Source: the human T2T-CHM13v2.0 reference genome, Homo sapiens. Taken from it: a stretch of DNA of 64,000 nt. A program made the translations under genes and the position numbers. The notes under the pieces were generated by a model that saw only the letters and a list, made by a program, of their open reading frames with translations, ran no database searches and was not told the DNA's origin. This document shows positions 15,897-32,821 of the stretch, piece after piece. Location: assembly GCF_009914755.1 (NCBI RefSeq), contig NC_060934.1, one strand, 5' to 3'. Position 1 is the first letter of the stretch, and each line of letters opens with the position of its first letter.

Positions 15897-16071
15897 AGGA
15901 GGTGGGGGGCAAGGGGAGAGAGAGCATTAGGACAAATACCTAATGCATGCAGGGCTTAAAACCTAGATGACAGGTTGATAGGTGTAGCAAACCACCATGG
16001 CACATGTATACCTATGTAACAAACCTGCACGTTCAGCACATGTATCCCAGAACTTAAAGTAAAATTAAAAA
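15897..16071 (+). mobile_element. L1PA (about PA7-10) 3' end, 5'-truncated
   Basis: GCATTAGGACAAATACCTAATGCATGCAGGGCTTAAAACCTAGATGACAGGTTGATAGG...CCCAGAACTTAAAGTAAAA. Confidence 0.92.
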
Positions 16072-16651
16072 GAGAGAGAGAGAGAGAAAGGAAGGATACA
16101 CAGAGACCGGCAGCTCTTTCTCCGGGAAAACCACGGCACACACAGACATTTGTAATAAGTTCTAACTACGAAGCAAATTAGCTTTCAATACCGGGCCTAT
16201 TTGAAAGGAATTTAAGGACAGACGCGGTAACAGGGCTCAGCCAACAAAAGTCAGTCTTTGGCCTCCCACAGACAGATGTGCACAGAGTCCCCTGGGGATA
16301 GAATAGGCAGGAACCCAGATATGCTTTCTAGGGGTGGGTGCCCATGTGTGCAGTGCTGCCCTTTCAGTTTCTTCAGGAAAGAAAACCAAGCTTTGAGTGT
16401 CAGTGTTAGTCAAAGGCTGGGCCTCTGCTCCAGGAGATGAAAGTGGCAGCTTGGAAATAATCACATGTGATAATCCCCAGGAGGAAGCCAGCGACAAGGC
16501 AACTGGCAGAAGTCTGTTGCCTCAGTAACATCTTCCCGAGTAGCCCAAGGTGGGATATATTTGCTGTTTAGACTGTTGCCCCACCTCCAAAAATCATTTT
16601 TCTCTCTTCCTCTTTCTCTACCTTTATTTCTCCCCACTTGTTTAATTTATT

Positions 16652-16752
16652 TTATATATATATATAATATAAACTAAATATATATATATTTATATATATA
16701 TAATTTATTATATATATAATATAAACTAAATATATATATATATAATATAAAC

Positions 16753-16786
<34 letters not shown>
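16652..16786. repeat. Compound (TA)n repeat with three copies of ATAATATAAACTAAAT
   Basis: Visible directly in the sequence. Confidence 0.95.
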
Positions 16787-17149
16787 GTTGCCTATTTGGT
16801 ATTACACATTCAAATCTTGAATTACCCAAGATTATTCTTTTACTGTTTAGCAAATGTAACAGAAAGACTTGGGATTTCTGATTTCTGATTGTTTTAAATA
16901 TTCGGCTGAATACAAATTGAAATGATTTTTAACTCCCCTTGTTCTTTTGATTGGCTAAAAGCGACTTCAACAGGTTGTTTTAATTAACTAATTCAGTACT
17001 TTTATAATTGTAGCTTGTTCTTAATACCTTTATTGTCCTTTCTTCTCGATTTCTTTCCTTTTAAATTTCTTGTACTGTAAACCACCAACATTCTTTTTCA
17101 GAATAAAATAATGGTTATAGTAATACTATTCATATACTTAAAATAGTAG

Positions 17150-17390
17150 TAGTAATAAACTAACATTTATTGATCTTTTACTATGGGCAGGCCATAGATT
17201 TTCATTTAATTCTCCCTACCACTGTGAAGTGGGTACAGTACTGCTGTTATCCTCATTTTCTTGATAAGGAGACCAGAGCACTGAATGTTGAGAAACGTGC
17301 CCCGGGTCATGAAGCACCAAAGCAGAAGAGCTGGGACTTGAATCCATGGAGGCTGCAACCAGAGTCCCAACTCTAAGCCCTGTGCTATAG
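17150..17390 (-). mobile_element. MIR
   Basis: TAACATTTATTGA...TCATTTAATTCTC...CCTCATTTTCTTGATAAGGAGACCAGAGCAC. Confidence 0.7.
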
Positions 17391-18719
17391 TGATAGGCCT
17401 GTGGACCAGTCCAGCTTTTTAGCTGAGGAAACCTTGTTTCAAGTTAGAGGCTGAAGAGAGGAACCACAGCCAGTTTCAGAATGAAGACTAGGGCCCAGGA
17501 CCACTTTCTCTCAGTCTCCTACCCTATTTTACCAAAATTTTCTCTCAGTATAGCTTTGTCCTACCCTTACATAAGAATAGTGATAGTTTTTTATGTTAGT
17601 ATTTCATGTATAATTTTCTTGTTTGTATGAGAAAGACATTTCTTATGTGTGGAAGAAGAATAGATGCGTTTTTGTTTTTTATGACTGGAGATTTTTGAGC
17701 TTTTAAGGCTGCTGCTTACTGGAAGCTGTTGCATTAACCATTATTGATGTGTACAGTAAATGTTAGGAAAAATACCAAATCACATTAATCATGGGTCTTC
17801 CAGTTGTCTCCCAGCTGAACATGTTTGGTGGCTAATACAAGCACATCGACCTGTAGAGAGCTTCATGAAAGATTAATCTGCAAAACAGCTACCATCGAAG
17901 TGGGAAATAATTGGAAATGAGCTCAAACCTCAGTCCAGCTAAGAGATTTTGAAATTTTATTTTTTCAACGCCTGGTTGTTGAGGGAACAGTATGTTTATA
18001 GTAAAGTAGACTTTTATTAGTCCATCTTAATATAGACCTGATTAACATAGATCTTCATACAATAATTGTATGTTTAATGAAAATTGAATACCTTTTCTCA
18101 ACTATTATCAAAACATTCTAAAGATTAAAAATAGAAAGTAAAAAGTTATATATTTTTTGTCTCACCATCTTTATCCTACCATCACCTTATTTTAAATATA
18201 TGGTTTTTAAGAGTCAAATAATTGTTGATATATTCTGGCCAATCATTGGGAAAAGTTTTTTTTTACAGTGATTATACATTTATTAACTTATCAAACTAGC
18301 TCATTAGGTGCCATGATGTTTTTCTTTCTTATTTTTTTCTGAAGACTTCATTTTTTTAGAGCAGTTTTAGGTTCACAGCACAATTGACAGGAAGGCGCAA
18401 AGATTTCTTGTGTACCTTCTACCCATGATGTTTTTAAAAGTCAATATTCCAATTAGTACACTTTAAATACAAAAGACTGAAATGACATTAGTACTTCATA
18501 GCATATTATATGCATTTTTAGATACATTAAATTATCTCTGGAACTCTTCCTATGAATAGCAAATATATGTACATATACATATATATGTGATTCATTTGTG
18601 TGTCTTAGGTAAATGTTACCATACTCTAAGCTTACATATAGTAGTTTTAATGGTAGTAAGATATTTTGAATAAATGCATGAGAAGGAAGGAATGCAAGTG
18701 ATAGTTAATGATATTGTCA

Positions 18720-19166
<447 letters not shown>

Positions 19167-19458
19167 TGAATACAATCTTTAAAAGCATCTTCTTCCTATT
19201 TAGACTATTTAGATTAATACACACTGTGTGCCATTATTTGGTACTTTGTACAAAGCCAAACCGAACAAGCAACCTGTGTAGATGTTGTAAGCAATTTGGT
19301 CGTCAAATTAGTTTACATTTAAAAAAAAAAAAAACTCCCTGCTACCTGCATACCAACCTGAAGTTTCCCTTACCTGTGGGCCATTCTCACCTCTATCTTA
19401 GAGTTCCTCCTTGGACTCAAGCTCTCCCTATACTCCCTCCTATTTGGAAGCCTTTGCA

Positions 19459-19820
<362 letters not shown>

Positions 19821-20667
19821 TCATGAAAGGGGCCAGCACATTGGCAGTCATTCCTCTTCCTCTCTCCCAAAGCAGTTCCCCTCCATGTACGGCAACAAAA
19901 TATTATTTTCCAAGTATGCCAACGCTTTGCTGTTTAATCCTCTGGACTTTCACTAGAACCTAAAGGGTGGCTTTTCTGGCTACCACCTTATTTCAAAAGG
20001 ACTATTACTCTCCTGTCATTCTTGATTCACACCAATCACAGCCAGCAACTTACAGGTACAAATCTTTGTGTGCTGTTATTTTACCTGGAGTCACTGGGGG
20101 TTTTTGCTTGTCAGAGAAGTCAGCATTTCCAAGAGTGGAGAGGAGAGGAAAGAATAAATTATTTTGCATTGCTCTAAAGTGGTTCAGATTTACACAGAAA
20201 GAATTCAACATCAGCCATATCACCTGCAGTTCACAGTTATTATCAACTCAGACTGAAAATGTGCAGGTGCTTGCCTAGTGTGAAAAAAGGTGCACTTCTT
20301 TTGCTAAGGAACAAGCTGTGCTTGTCACTGTTTCTGAATTTGACTCTGGGCACTCTCAGGTTAGCCTATTGAAGAAGCCACTCACTGATCAGAGGCAGAA
20401 TTCAGCATGCTTCCCACAGAGAACCATTTGCTCATGTTCTGCCCAAATCACAAGTCACCCTGCTGGGATGTCTGAAGGCGCAGATGGAAAGACAATGCAG
20501 GACATGTGAACTCAAGGGAAAGTGAGATAATTCCCAATAAATCCAAGGTTTTGATTGTGTAGGTCTTCTAAGGCCTATTAATGGCAGTTGGCAGAAAACT
20601 TCAATAGATTACTGACACCAGGTGGTTAGCAACATTTCACTTTTCAGCACAGAATTCTTTGATTTTT

Positions 20668-20891
20668 TTTCTTTGTTTTGAGGTTAGCTGATTTATTTAT
20701 TTTTATTTAGGTAAAAATCACATAAGATTCACCATTTTAACCATTTTACAAAATACAGTTTATAGACTTTTAGTACTTAGGACTTTTTTTTGGAGAGGGG
20801 CACGAGGGTTAGGGTCTCACTTTGTCACCCAGCCTGGAGTGCAGTGGCGCAATCTTGGCTCACTGCAACCTCCGCCTCCCAGGTTCAAGCG
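20668..20891 (-). mobile_element. Composite retro-insertion: 5'-truncated Alu right arm + L1M 3' end + A tail, flanked by a TSD
   Basis: AGAATTCTTTGA(T/A)TTTT at 20651-20667 and 20892-20908; L1M 3' terminus at ~20690-20777; Alu fragment at ~20785-20891. Confidence 0.75.
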
Positions 20892-22261
20892 AGAATTCTT
20901 TGAATTTTAAAGCACTAAGGCCATGAAGCACCTTAGCAATCATTTAGTCTATCCCTATTAATTGTACAGATTATAAACTTGAGGCCAAGTGAGGCCCTTA
21001 CTTGCCTGAGGTCTGTATAGCAGTAGAGCCAGAACTCCTGACCTTCAGTACTATTGTCTTTCTACTAGTTCAAGTCCTATAATATGATTACCAAGTATAT
21101 ATTTTGTCTCTACAGAAGATGATTATTCACCTGGGAAAAATCTACAAGCTTCCAAATATTTCAGTGCCCATCCAGTCTTATCCAAGGGAGAAGCAGACCA
21201 AGTCTCAAGACTGACCATTATGCTTGTAATGGTGGAAATGACTGATATGTTTGGATAGGTGCCATTACATGTTCTACGTAACTAACCAAGTTCTCATTTC
21301 TGATTCCATGGTCACTGGGCAACAGTATTTTTATAGTTTGGCCTGTTGTGTAGGCCTGCCTATGGGAAGAAAATATACTAATGGTGCTGAAGGGAATATT
21401 TCAGTCTGTATGATAATTAAATTTTTCATGACATTTTTAATAGGTTGGTATTTAGGTTTTATCTTTTAAAAGGCATCCTAAGGCAATAATTGTATTTTCT
21501 ACAGAAATTCTATTGTACTAAAATGTTTATATAGTTAAAACTTCTTCCTTTTGGTAGGGTATATGAGTGAATCTGAAAGATAGCATTTCAATAATTAAAA
21601 AAGAGGACTCTCCACAAATGTTTCTTTGAAATGATTATTTCTTTAAAATTGTTTTTCTGTCTTAATTGGATGTTTAAGCCAAAATACGGGTCATGAAAAT
21701 AATGCTACAAATCTTTTGAAGTTCACAAACTTTATTTCATGCTATTATCTAGATAGCTGAAATATATTTGAGGTATCTTTATGCAGATTTATAAACTTAC
21801 AATTATATAGTTTTACAATCCAGGTAACCAAACATATGTAACACTCTCAAAATAGCATCCAATCATATGCTACTATAATTTCCATTACTCTTTGTGAACA
21901 TTCTCGTAAGTTTATAGTTCACTATTTCAGATTACCTTTGGTCCAATGTCAAATTTATTGATATAGGGAGAAGAAAGGAAAATGAAGTTAAAATACTCTT
22001 CTACATTTTACTGTTGCTTAATCTATATAGATAGTGACTGTGGCTATTTCAAATAAGCTTTAATGAACTTGCATAGAAGTGCCTGCTTTCCATTAGTTGG
22101 GAAATGAGACAATCTTTGAAATTAACAAGATAAGATTGTGAAACATACATACACTACATTGTTGACATTTCAGAAGTGAGTACTGAACTGGGAAATGCAG
22201 GTTGTAGTGTATGCCATCTATGAGAAAATGCTTAAGTTTTTTTTTATTATTATTTCAGTTC

Positions 22262-22632
22262 TGTCTTAGTCAGCTCAGACTGTTATAACAAAATACTATA
22301 AACTAGGTGGCTTAAACAACAGAAATTTATTTTCTTACAGTTCTGAAGCTGGAAGTCTGAGACCAGGCTGCCACGAGCATGGCCAGGAGCTGGTGAGGGC
22401 CCAATTCCTGGCTTATAGACAGCCACCTTCTCGTTGGATGCTCACACAGCCTTCCCTTGGTGACTGGAAAGGAAAGAGATCACTCTCTCTTCCTCTTCTT
22501 ATAAGGCCATGAAACCTATCAGATTATGACCCCTCCATTATGGCATTTAACCCTTAATTACCTCCCCAAAGCCCTGTCTCCAAATGTAGTCACATTTGGG
22601 GGTTAGATCTTCAACCTGTGAATGGACAGGGA
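22262..22632 (-). mobile_element. MLT1A0-type MaLR solo LTR
   Basis: TG...CA ends; 5-bp TSD AGTTC on both sides. Confidence 0.9.
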
Positions 22633-22734
22633 GGGTAAAATTGTCCTCAGCAAGTTCTTTGCTATGTAAGATGCCAGCTCCAGCTGCTATATTCTATAGT
22701 CTTAAAACTGATTAGACAATAACATCAGTTTTGA

Positions 22735-23281
<547 letters not shown>

Positions 23282-24169
23282 TAGCCATAATTCTGCAGGT
23301 GTGGTCCCGCAACTGACTTGCACCCCAATAATATATTTATCAATTTGAGTATTTTTTGCATGTGGACATAAGAAATCACTAACAGACATAACAGAGATGA
23401 ACATAGACTGAATATGTTTATAACAATTTTGCCTTTACGGACATGTGTACATTTTACTATGAGACACAGCTTATAATTTTACTATTCATTTAAAACATTT
23501 ACTAATGATTTAAGATGTAGGTGCCAGGCAATGAGCTAGCTGCTGGGTACACTGTGGGAAAAAATGTACTTTTGCTATTAGGCGTTTACTGTTTCAGGCA
23601 AAACAGTCCAAAACGCATGAAGTAGTGCATCAAGATCTGTGAGAAGAATCTCCATAGCTTAGAGTCAAAGGACCAGGAAGAAAGCTAACACAGACTATGA
23701 GGCTTTGCACTGAATGGCACTTCTAAGGGTCTCTTTCAAAAGCATTTTCTTCCTCCCACGAAACATAAAGATCACAAGGGATTATAACATGTGCTTAAAA
23801 GCATTGGAAGAAAAACTATATACGTAAGTTGTATTTGTGAACTTGTGATACCCATTAACAACCCCTTTCTAAAAGAATATTTTCAATTGCTGCTTTTATT
23901 TCATAAGCAAAAAAAAAAGTTCAAAGAAAATTTCAAAGATAAATATAAATGATGACATATTTGAGGTCTTGAGGTGACTATTTTTCATCAGTGCCCCTTT
24001 TCTGGTGCTGAAGTTTTTATCTTCCACTCTGTCCCATAATGGACAATTAAAGAGAGAATTTTAGATTAAGATCTGAAGTTAATCTATTCACTTCTCTCCA
24101 TGTCCTTTTCCCTCCCCAACCTTACTCAGAGTTCAGATTAATTCACTTCCTCAGGGACACTTTCTCTAA

Positions 24170-24705
<536 letters not shown>

Positions 24706-27700
24706 CCTAGGTATACAGTTTCACAGAAACCTATGCTTTCCTTCATTGTAGCCAGCAGATCTTGTAGTTTAATATTTTTAAGGTCCTTGAACTCCATGTG
24801 TTTCCAAAAGGCCAAAATTACCTTTAAAGCTTTTTTTTTTTAGCTCATCATTATATTCTTAGTACCTAATCTAGTGCCTGGCCTACATAAGTATTTGTTG
24901 CGTAAAGTAATAAATATCTGAATGGATGATAAACAAATACTTGGATAATAAACAAATAGTCAGTGCATATACATTTTATCTTTTACGTGCATGCTGGTGA
25001 CTATTTTTCAACTCTAGTACAAACTTTTTTTACTGATCTTTAAACCTTTCCTTAGTATTGCCAGTGTCTGTTTTATTCTGCATTAACTCCCACACAGTTT
25101 GGAATGCTGTTTCCTCAGCTACTGTTGCATTTTCCATATCATTTGCCCCCTTTCCATCATTGTTTATGTCCATCTCATATATGCTACTTCCTTCTTAAAT
25201 GCAGCTCCATAATATAACCTCATTATGCCTTTTAGTACTTGTGTCACTTCTCTTCTATGTTGGATCATTATTTGTTGCTTTTCTCATTCTTTACATCAGT
25301 GTTTTGAAAACTTGCATGTTTCCTAAAACTGCTGAAGTATGAAAACCTGTGCAAGACTATCTGCCTTATGAGGCAGGAGTTTATCTTTTGTCTCCTCTAA
25401 TCTCCAAATATTAGAGATAGCAGCTATTCTACACATTTTGCTGAATTGAATTTATAATGGTAAAACTTACATAGAATTTTAGGGATGGAGAGGGTCATGT
25501 AGGAAGGCCATTTCTTCAAATCTGTTATTTAATGACAAGAAATGTATAAGAACAAGAGCTCTTGGCTTTTAGTCTAGTGAGTGTGTCTTCTACCAACCAT
25601 ATGTGTCAAATGTGGTCTTTGTTTCTACGGTTAAATAGATGCAGATGAACATTTAACCATACCAGGCCTGTTTTTGTCGTTACCGTTTGTTTTGTTTCAT
25701 TTGTTTTGCTATTTAATTCTGTGAAGGAGGGGTTCGAAATGGAAGAATATTGTTCCTTTAAAAGTTAAAAGTCTGTTTGAAAACTGTATACTTCGTAGAG
25801 TGAGAGTAACAGACAATGAAGATTATTCTCATAGGCAGAAAACAGTACCCTTAAAATATGTATTCATATATGTATATATATAATATTGAGTAGTTCCTAC
25901 ACAATTGTAGCTGCAACTGTTCTAAGCATAGCCTAAGAACTTTTTGCAATGTTGATTTTACTGTCTATAACATGGTCATTATGTATTGCTGTAAAACACT
26001 AATGTTAAGATGTCTCATAAACTAGCTAAATTAGGGCCATGTGTCTGTTACTTGAGTAAAATAAACTAGTGCTACTGAGTCTAGTAGTAACTAAGTACTT
26101 GGCAGTGTACAATTCTTAATCTTGGTGTCTAATTATATTACAAATGATAGATAGTTGTGTTCTTTTAGTAAGCTTTTGGAAAAATGGCACTTTTTTTTAG
26201 TTCATTGCTTATCTAATCAATTTTATGGAAGAAAATATTTAGGAAGAAATCATATAATGATTAAAATCTACATATCATGAAATTTTGATCCTTAGCCTAC
26301 CTGTTTTGAAAAGATGAGAATTTCTAGATACCAATTCGTTTAGATTATAAGATGTCAATTACTGTTTAATTGCTTTTTTTGAATCTAAGCATAAATTATT
26401 TTAGATGGTCTATTTATATTTATCTGACAAAATCAAGTATAGCAGCACTGTCCCCAAAATTGTTAAAAATGAAGACACTCGGTCGGTACAAATCAGGAGC
26501 AACTAAGATGATTTTTTTAATTATATTGAATTTCTCGCAATACAATTAGTTTTCCTCAAAATGACTGGCCTTATCATTAAATTGATAGGCATGTGGTCAA
26601 AGAGAGTAGAAGTTACCTATGCCTGGATTTCATTTAGAGAGCCCAATGCCTTGTTCATAGTAAGCCTTTAATAAATGTTTGCTGATAGCTTTAACATTTT
26701 AAAACCATCTATTCCAACTGCACATAGTCAACAAGTATATTTTTTAGAATGTGCTGGCATAGGTTGACTCTGCTTCAATTTATATGGTCTTAAAATATGA
26801 ACTGTAAACTGTGAAATAGCTTTTCTTAATGTAATTTTGTTTAACCCTCTGAGTTGCTACCAAAACTTGGTAGCATGATAAGGTCTCTTTTTCATGAAGC
26901 TCATGAACATTCTTTTTGTTTTTTAATACCTGAATTTTGCTCTTTTGTCTTTGATCGTTTTGTTGTTGTTCTTTTTTTGTATTTTTGTTTTCAGGATTCT
27001 TGTGAGTCTCTAGGATCACTGTAACATGGACTCTTGAATCCTGGATGGGAAGTCCTTTTTGACCTCAGGGAGTCATTAGCTCCTTTCTTCTTCTGGGCTG
27101 TCATCTCTGTGGCTGATTGACTTTTCTCTGGATTTAGCCATTCCTCTAGTCCCTGGCTCTTCTCTTAGTTTGATAATGATTGTTAGAGTCCCTGATGAAA
27201 GTCTTACTCAGGCAGACTCTTTTCTGACCCAACTTAGTCCCTGTTATTGATTTGGATCTAGTCCTTCAAATCTCAAGCAAGCCTCAGGTTTCCATCTTGA
27301 TCTATCCTGGGACTTCACTTTTGCGCCTATTGATAATTCTCTGGCAATACAACTCCTCTGTCATTCAGTGGCAAGGAGTCAATTAACTTCTGCTGGTGAC
27401 CTATCATTTGCTAACTGTTCTTTCAATTACTTCCCTCTTTAGTCACTTGCCCAAATGGGTGGCTTAATCTTATTTCACTCAGGATGGTACTGAATTTCAC
27501 AGAGGTTAAGTGAGTTAGCAAGGAGTAAGGCTAGCTTGAAGCAAGCTCATAGTTGGAACCTAGGTGTTTCTGCTTTCAGAGCAAAATGGGACTTCCTACA
27601 TTGTGGAATATTTTGTTCATTTGTTTGTTTCCATAATCTATGAGCAGCTGAGCTATTGGACCTCTACCCAGACTTACAGAATTAACATGCTGTCTTGCAG

Positions 27701-29218
27701 AAGGTGCCCATTAGTGAAGTAGTCACCGTTGCTGCCTTCTGCCATTTAAAGGAAATTGCATCTCCCTTCAAAGTAACTTTTAGGTTAGAGCTGCATGAAT
27801 TTCAGATAAACTATTTAAATACTGCAAGCATAAGTCTTAAACAAGGGCTAGTTTAGGTCATCTACCCAGAAATTTTATTTCTTTGTGAGGTGTGTTGCCA
27901 CTATAAAAGCAGTGCTGGATTGGATGAGAATGGATTGGCTCCCCACAGGCACTGTCAACTATGAGGCAATTCAACTTGGAATGTTAACCTTCTCAATTAT
28001 GCTTTGGAATAACATCAGAACTCAATTACAAAAAAAAAAAAAAATAGACACACATATGTATTAGCTACATATGTATGATACTACTTTCTCTCATTTTTTA
28101 AGTATGGAATAAGAGCCAATTTAATACTTATTTACTGAGTTAACCAATTCTGAACTTCTTAATTGCTTTAGATCATTCTGACTCTGAAATTTCCAGCCAA
28201 TTAGAGGTCAGAAGCTGCTCAACTGTTAAGCTGTACACTGGATACTTAAGGAGAAGGTGTCCCTATCTGACATGCTGTCAGGGGCAAATCAATGCTGATC
28301 AATATTGGCCATCTAGAGTACTGATGGCTTACTAACTCTGCCTGCCTTGTATATTCTTTAATTCATAACAATGCAGAGAGGGGGAAATCACTTGAAGCTG
28401 GAATGGGTTTGGGAGCTAGGCTTTCTCAACTATCTCACCTAGTAAACAATCCACTTAGAAATCTAAGTCATCAGAAGCTAGAGATCTGCTGCTAACAGCA
28501 ATAGCAACAGCAGCAGCAGCAACAAACAAACCCAAGAATAGCCCAGCAAGCATCTTGCCTTATAACCTAAGCATTTTTTGCACAGCTGATTAGATTTATA
28601 CTTACTTTTTGATAGAATTGTAAACCAACCTTTTCAAATTTAACTTTATATTTGTGGTTAAATGGAATCTAATCAAGCTTTTAAGTTACTATTCAATTAT
28701 TTATTTAACCAGCATTCTGTATTGCAGACTGATGGATCCTGAAATAACACTGGCATCATGCATTTGGATTTTCACATATTACCTTTCCTGTGTACAGAAT
28801 CTTAAAATCAAAATGGTACTTATAAATCTGACTATCTACTTGGTTTAGGAATTTTCCTTATCATATTCCAAACAAGTGGCTAACCATCTCCATGAATACT
28901 TTCAATAATGAAATTCTTATGACATAAGAAGCCAACCCATTTCTTCTTTCAACAGCTGTCTGATTATTAGAAAGTTCTTCCTTTCTTTTGCATTTATCGT
29001 TATTTAAAGCAAGTTCAATCATCCTGGATCACGCTTTTGAGACAGACGATAAATTAAAAATGATAGGAGAAACATATAAAGTATTTTAATTTAATAAGTT
29101 CAAAGTGTTAGATAACATTGGGGGCAGACAAGGAAAGTAGAAAGTATAAAATAGGGTCTTTATTCTCAGGAACCTTAGAATTCAATTAAAGATACAATAA
29201 TTGTAATAAGTCAGTAGA

Positions 29219-29518
29219 GGCTGGGAGCAGTGGCTCAGACCTGTAATCCCTCCAAGTGCTTTGGAAGGCTGAGGCAAGAGGCTCACTTAAGGCCAGGACT
29301 TTGAAACCAGCCTGGGAAATATAGTGAGACCCCATCTCTACAAAAAATTAAAAAGTTATCCAGGTGTGGTAATGTATGCCTGTTCTCCCAGTTAGTTGGG
29401 AGGCTGAGGTGGGAGGATTGCTTGAGCCTGGGAGGTTGAGACCATGGTGAGACGAGGTTGTGCCACTGCACTCCAGCATGGGCAACAGAGTGAGACTGTC
29501 TCAAAAAAAAAAAAAAAA
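29219..29518 (+). mobile_element. AluJ-type
   Basis: Dimer; TSD AAGTCAGTAGA. Confidence 0.93.
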
Positions 29519-29526
29519 GTCAGTAG

Positions 29527-29881
<355 letters not shown>

Positions 29882-30039
29882 AAAAAGTAATTATGTAGAC
29901 ATTGCATGCTACAGGGCTTATGGAATAATCAGTAACACATTGTTATATGTGGTGAAGCTTGTGTTGGTCCTTGAAGGACAGAAATGATTTTGGCAGGTTG
30001 ATTAGAAGGCTTATATTTGCAAGAAACTGAGAAAAATGA

Positions 30040-30422
<383 letters not shown>

Positions 30423-30594
30423 CTCAGTGGCCTACTTTAAAAAGAAGTAAGAAATAATGAGTATAGATAAGACTGGAACAAATTATAGATAAAAGGCTTT
30501 GAAGGTAGTTTGCCCTAGGATCATTGAGGAAATATGTAATGCTTTCAATACTAAGGGAAGACACTACTTTACAATTTTGTTTAAAATAATGTAG

Positions 30595-30900
30595 AGTTGA
30601 GTTGTCCAATATGGTAGCAGCTAGCCACAAGTGGTTACTGAGCACTTGAAATGTGACTAGTCTGAATTGAGATGTGTTATAAGTATAAAATGCATACTGG
30701 ATTTCAAAAATTTAATTAGAAAAAAAGTAAAATAACTTCTAATACTTGTTATGGTGACTATATTTTAAAATGATATGTTCTGGATATATTGTGTTAAAAA
30801 AATTACAATTAATTTCACCTGTTTCTCCTTTTTATATGGCTAATAGAAAAGATAAAATTAAACCTTTGGCTTATATTGTTTTTCTGTTGGGTAGCACTAC
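30595..30900. mobile_element. MER33 (hAT-Charlie)
   Basis: TGTCCAATATGGTAGCAGCTAGCCACAAGTGGTTACTGAGCACTTGAAATGTGACTAGTCTGAATTGAGATGTG. Confidence 0.85.
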
Positions 30901-31694
30901 TATAAAAAGTGTCAGTCTCTTATTTTTAGTTGTATGCTACCTGAGTCTATCAGTTGCAGCCTAGGAGATAACCGAGAAACTCAGATGGTAATTTTGATCT
31001 GGCATTTGTTCCTTTATATGTAAGTTTTGTAGATACTACTGTTTACTCTGCAACTGTCTATAAATTCAAAGTAAAGTAGCGTGCTAAGAAAATTACACAA
31101 TTTATCACATATGAAGTTTTCAAAAGCCTAGGATGTAGGAAACAGTCTAGAAAAAAAAATTTAAACTATGTGCTTATGTGATATTATTGTTTAATTGTCC
31201 GTGTACGTACAGTCTATTACTGCAGTTATTTCTCAACAGACTGTTCCAATGGTGGGTGGAGAGTAAAATTGACAGTTCTTCTAATTTGATGTATAAATCT
31301 TTAAAAAAATATACATAAAAATACCAGTTCATTGCAGAAAATAAGAATAGACAAATATGTTTTATATATACAAACACTTATTGTTCTTATTATAAATGAA
31401 ATAACCAACGTTAATCATTTGTTACTAGTCAGTGGGTTATTGGCCCTCAGAAAATAGAAATTGACCAACAGTCTAAGATGGGATTGAGCAAGGCAGTTTA
31501 TTGGGGCTTTCAGCTTGAGCAGAAGGGGAGACGACAACAGGAGGAAAACCTGCAGCTGGCTCCTTGGAAGCAAACTAGTCTTGGTTTTTATTCTTCTCTG
31601 GGCCTCTTCCAGGTGACATCATCACATATTTGGAGTGGACCATTGGCTGTACCATGCCTCATTAGCATCTTAAATCTCTACCCAGGCCTGTGAT

Positions 31695-32591
<897 letters not shown>

Positions 32592-32775
32592 TGATTTTTA
32601 CAATGAAAATGAAACAAATGTTAAGTTAGGACAAGGTAAGTTTCTACACACAAATGCATTTGAGGAGAGTCTTTCAAAAAGTGCAAGGTTATAGAGCTGA
32701 GAGCAACCATAGTCACCACAGTATGTAAAGAAGTGGGAAAGGATCCCTTGTCCTGTGTTCTCTGTCTCAGTTTTG

Positions 32776-32821
32776 GTGTGTGCATGTGTGTATGTGTGTG
32801 TGTGTGTGTTTGTGTGTGTGT
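32776..32821. repeat. Imperfect (TG)n microsatellite
   Basis: Visible directly in the sequence. Confidence 0.9.

Noticed and set aside
28493-28523. Short CAG/CAA run suggesting polyglutamine
   Set aside because: Only about four pure CAG units, with no exon or ORF context.
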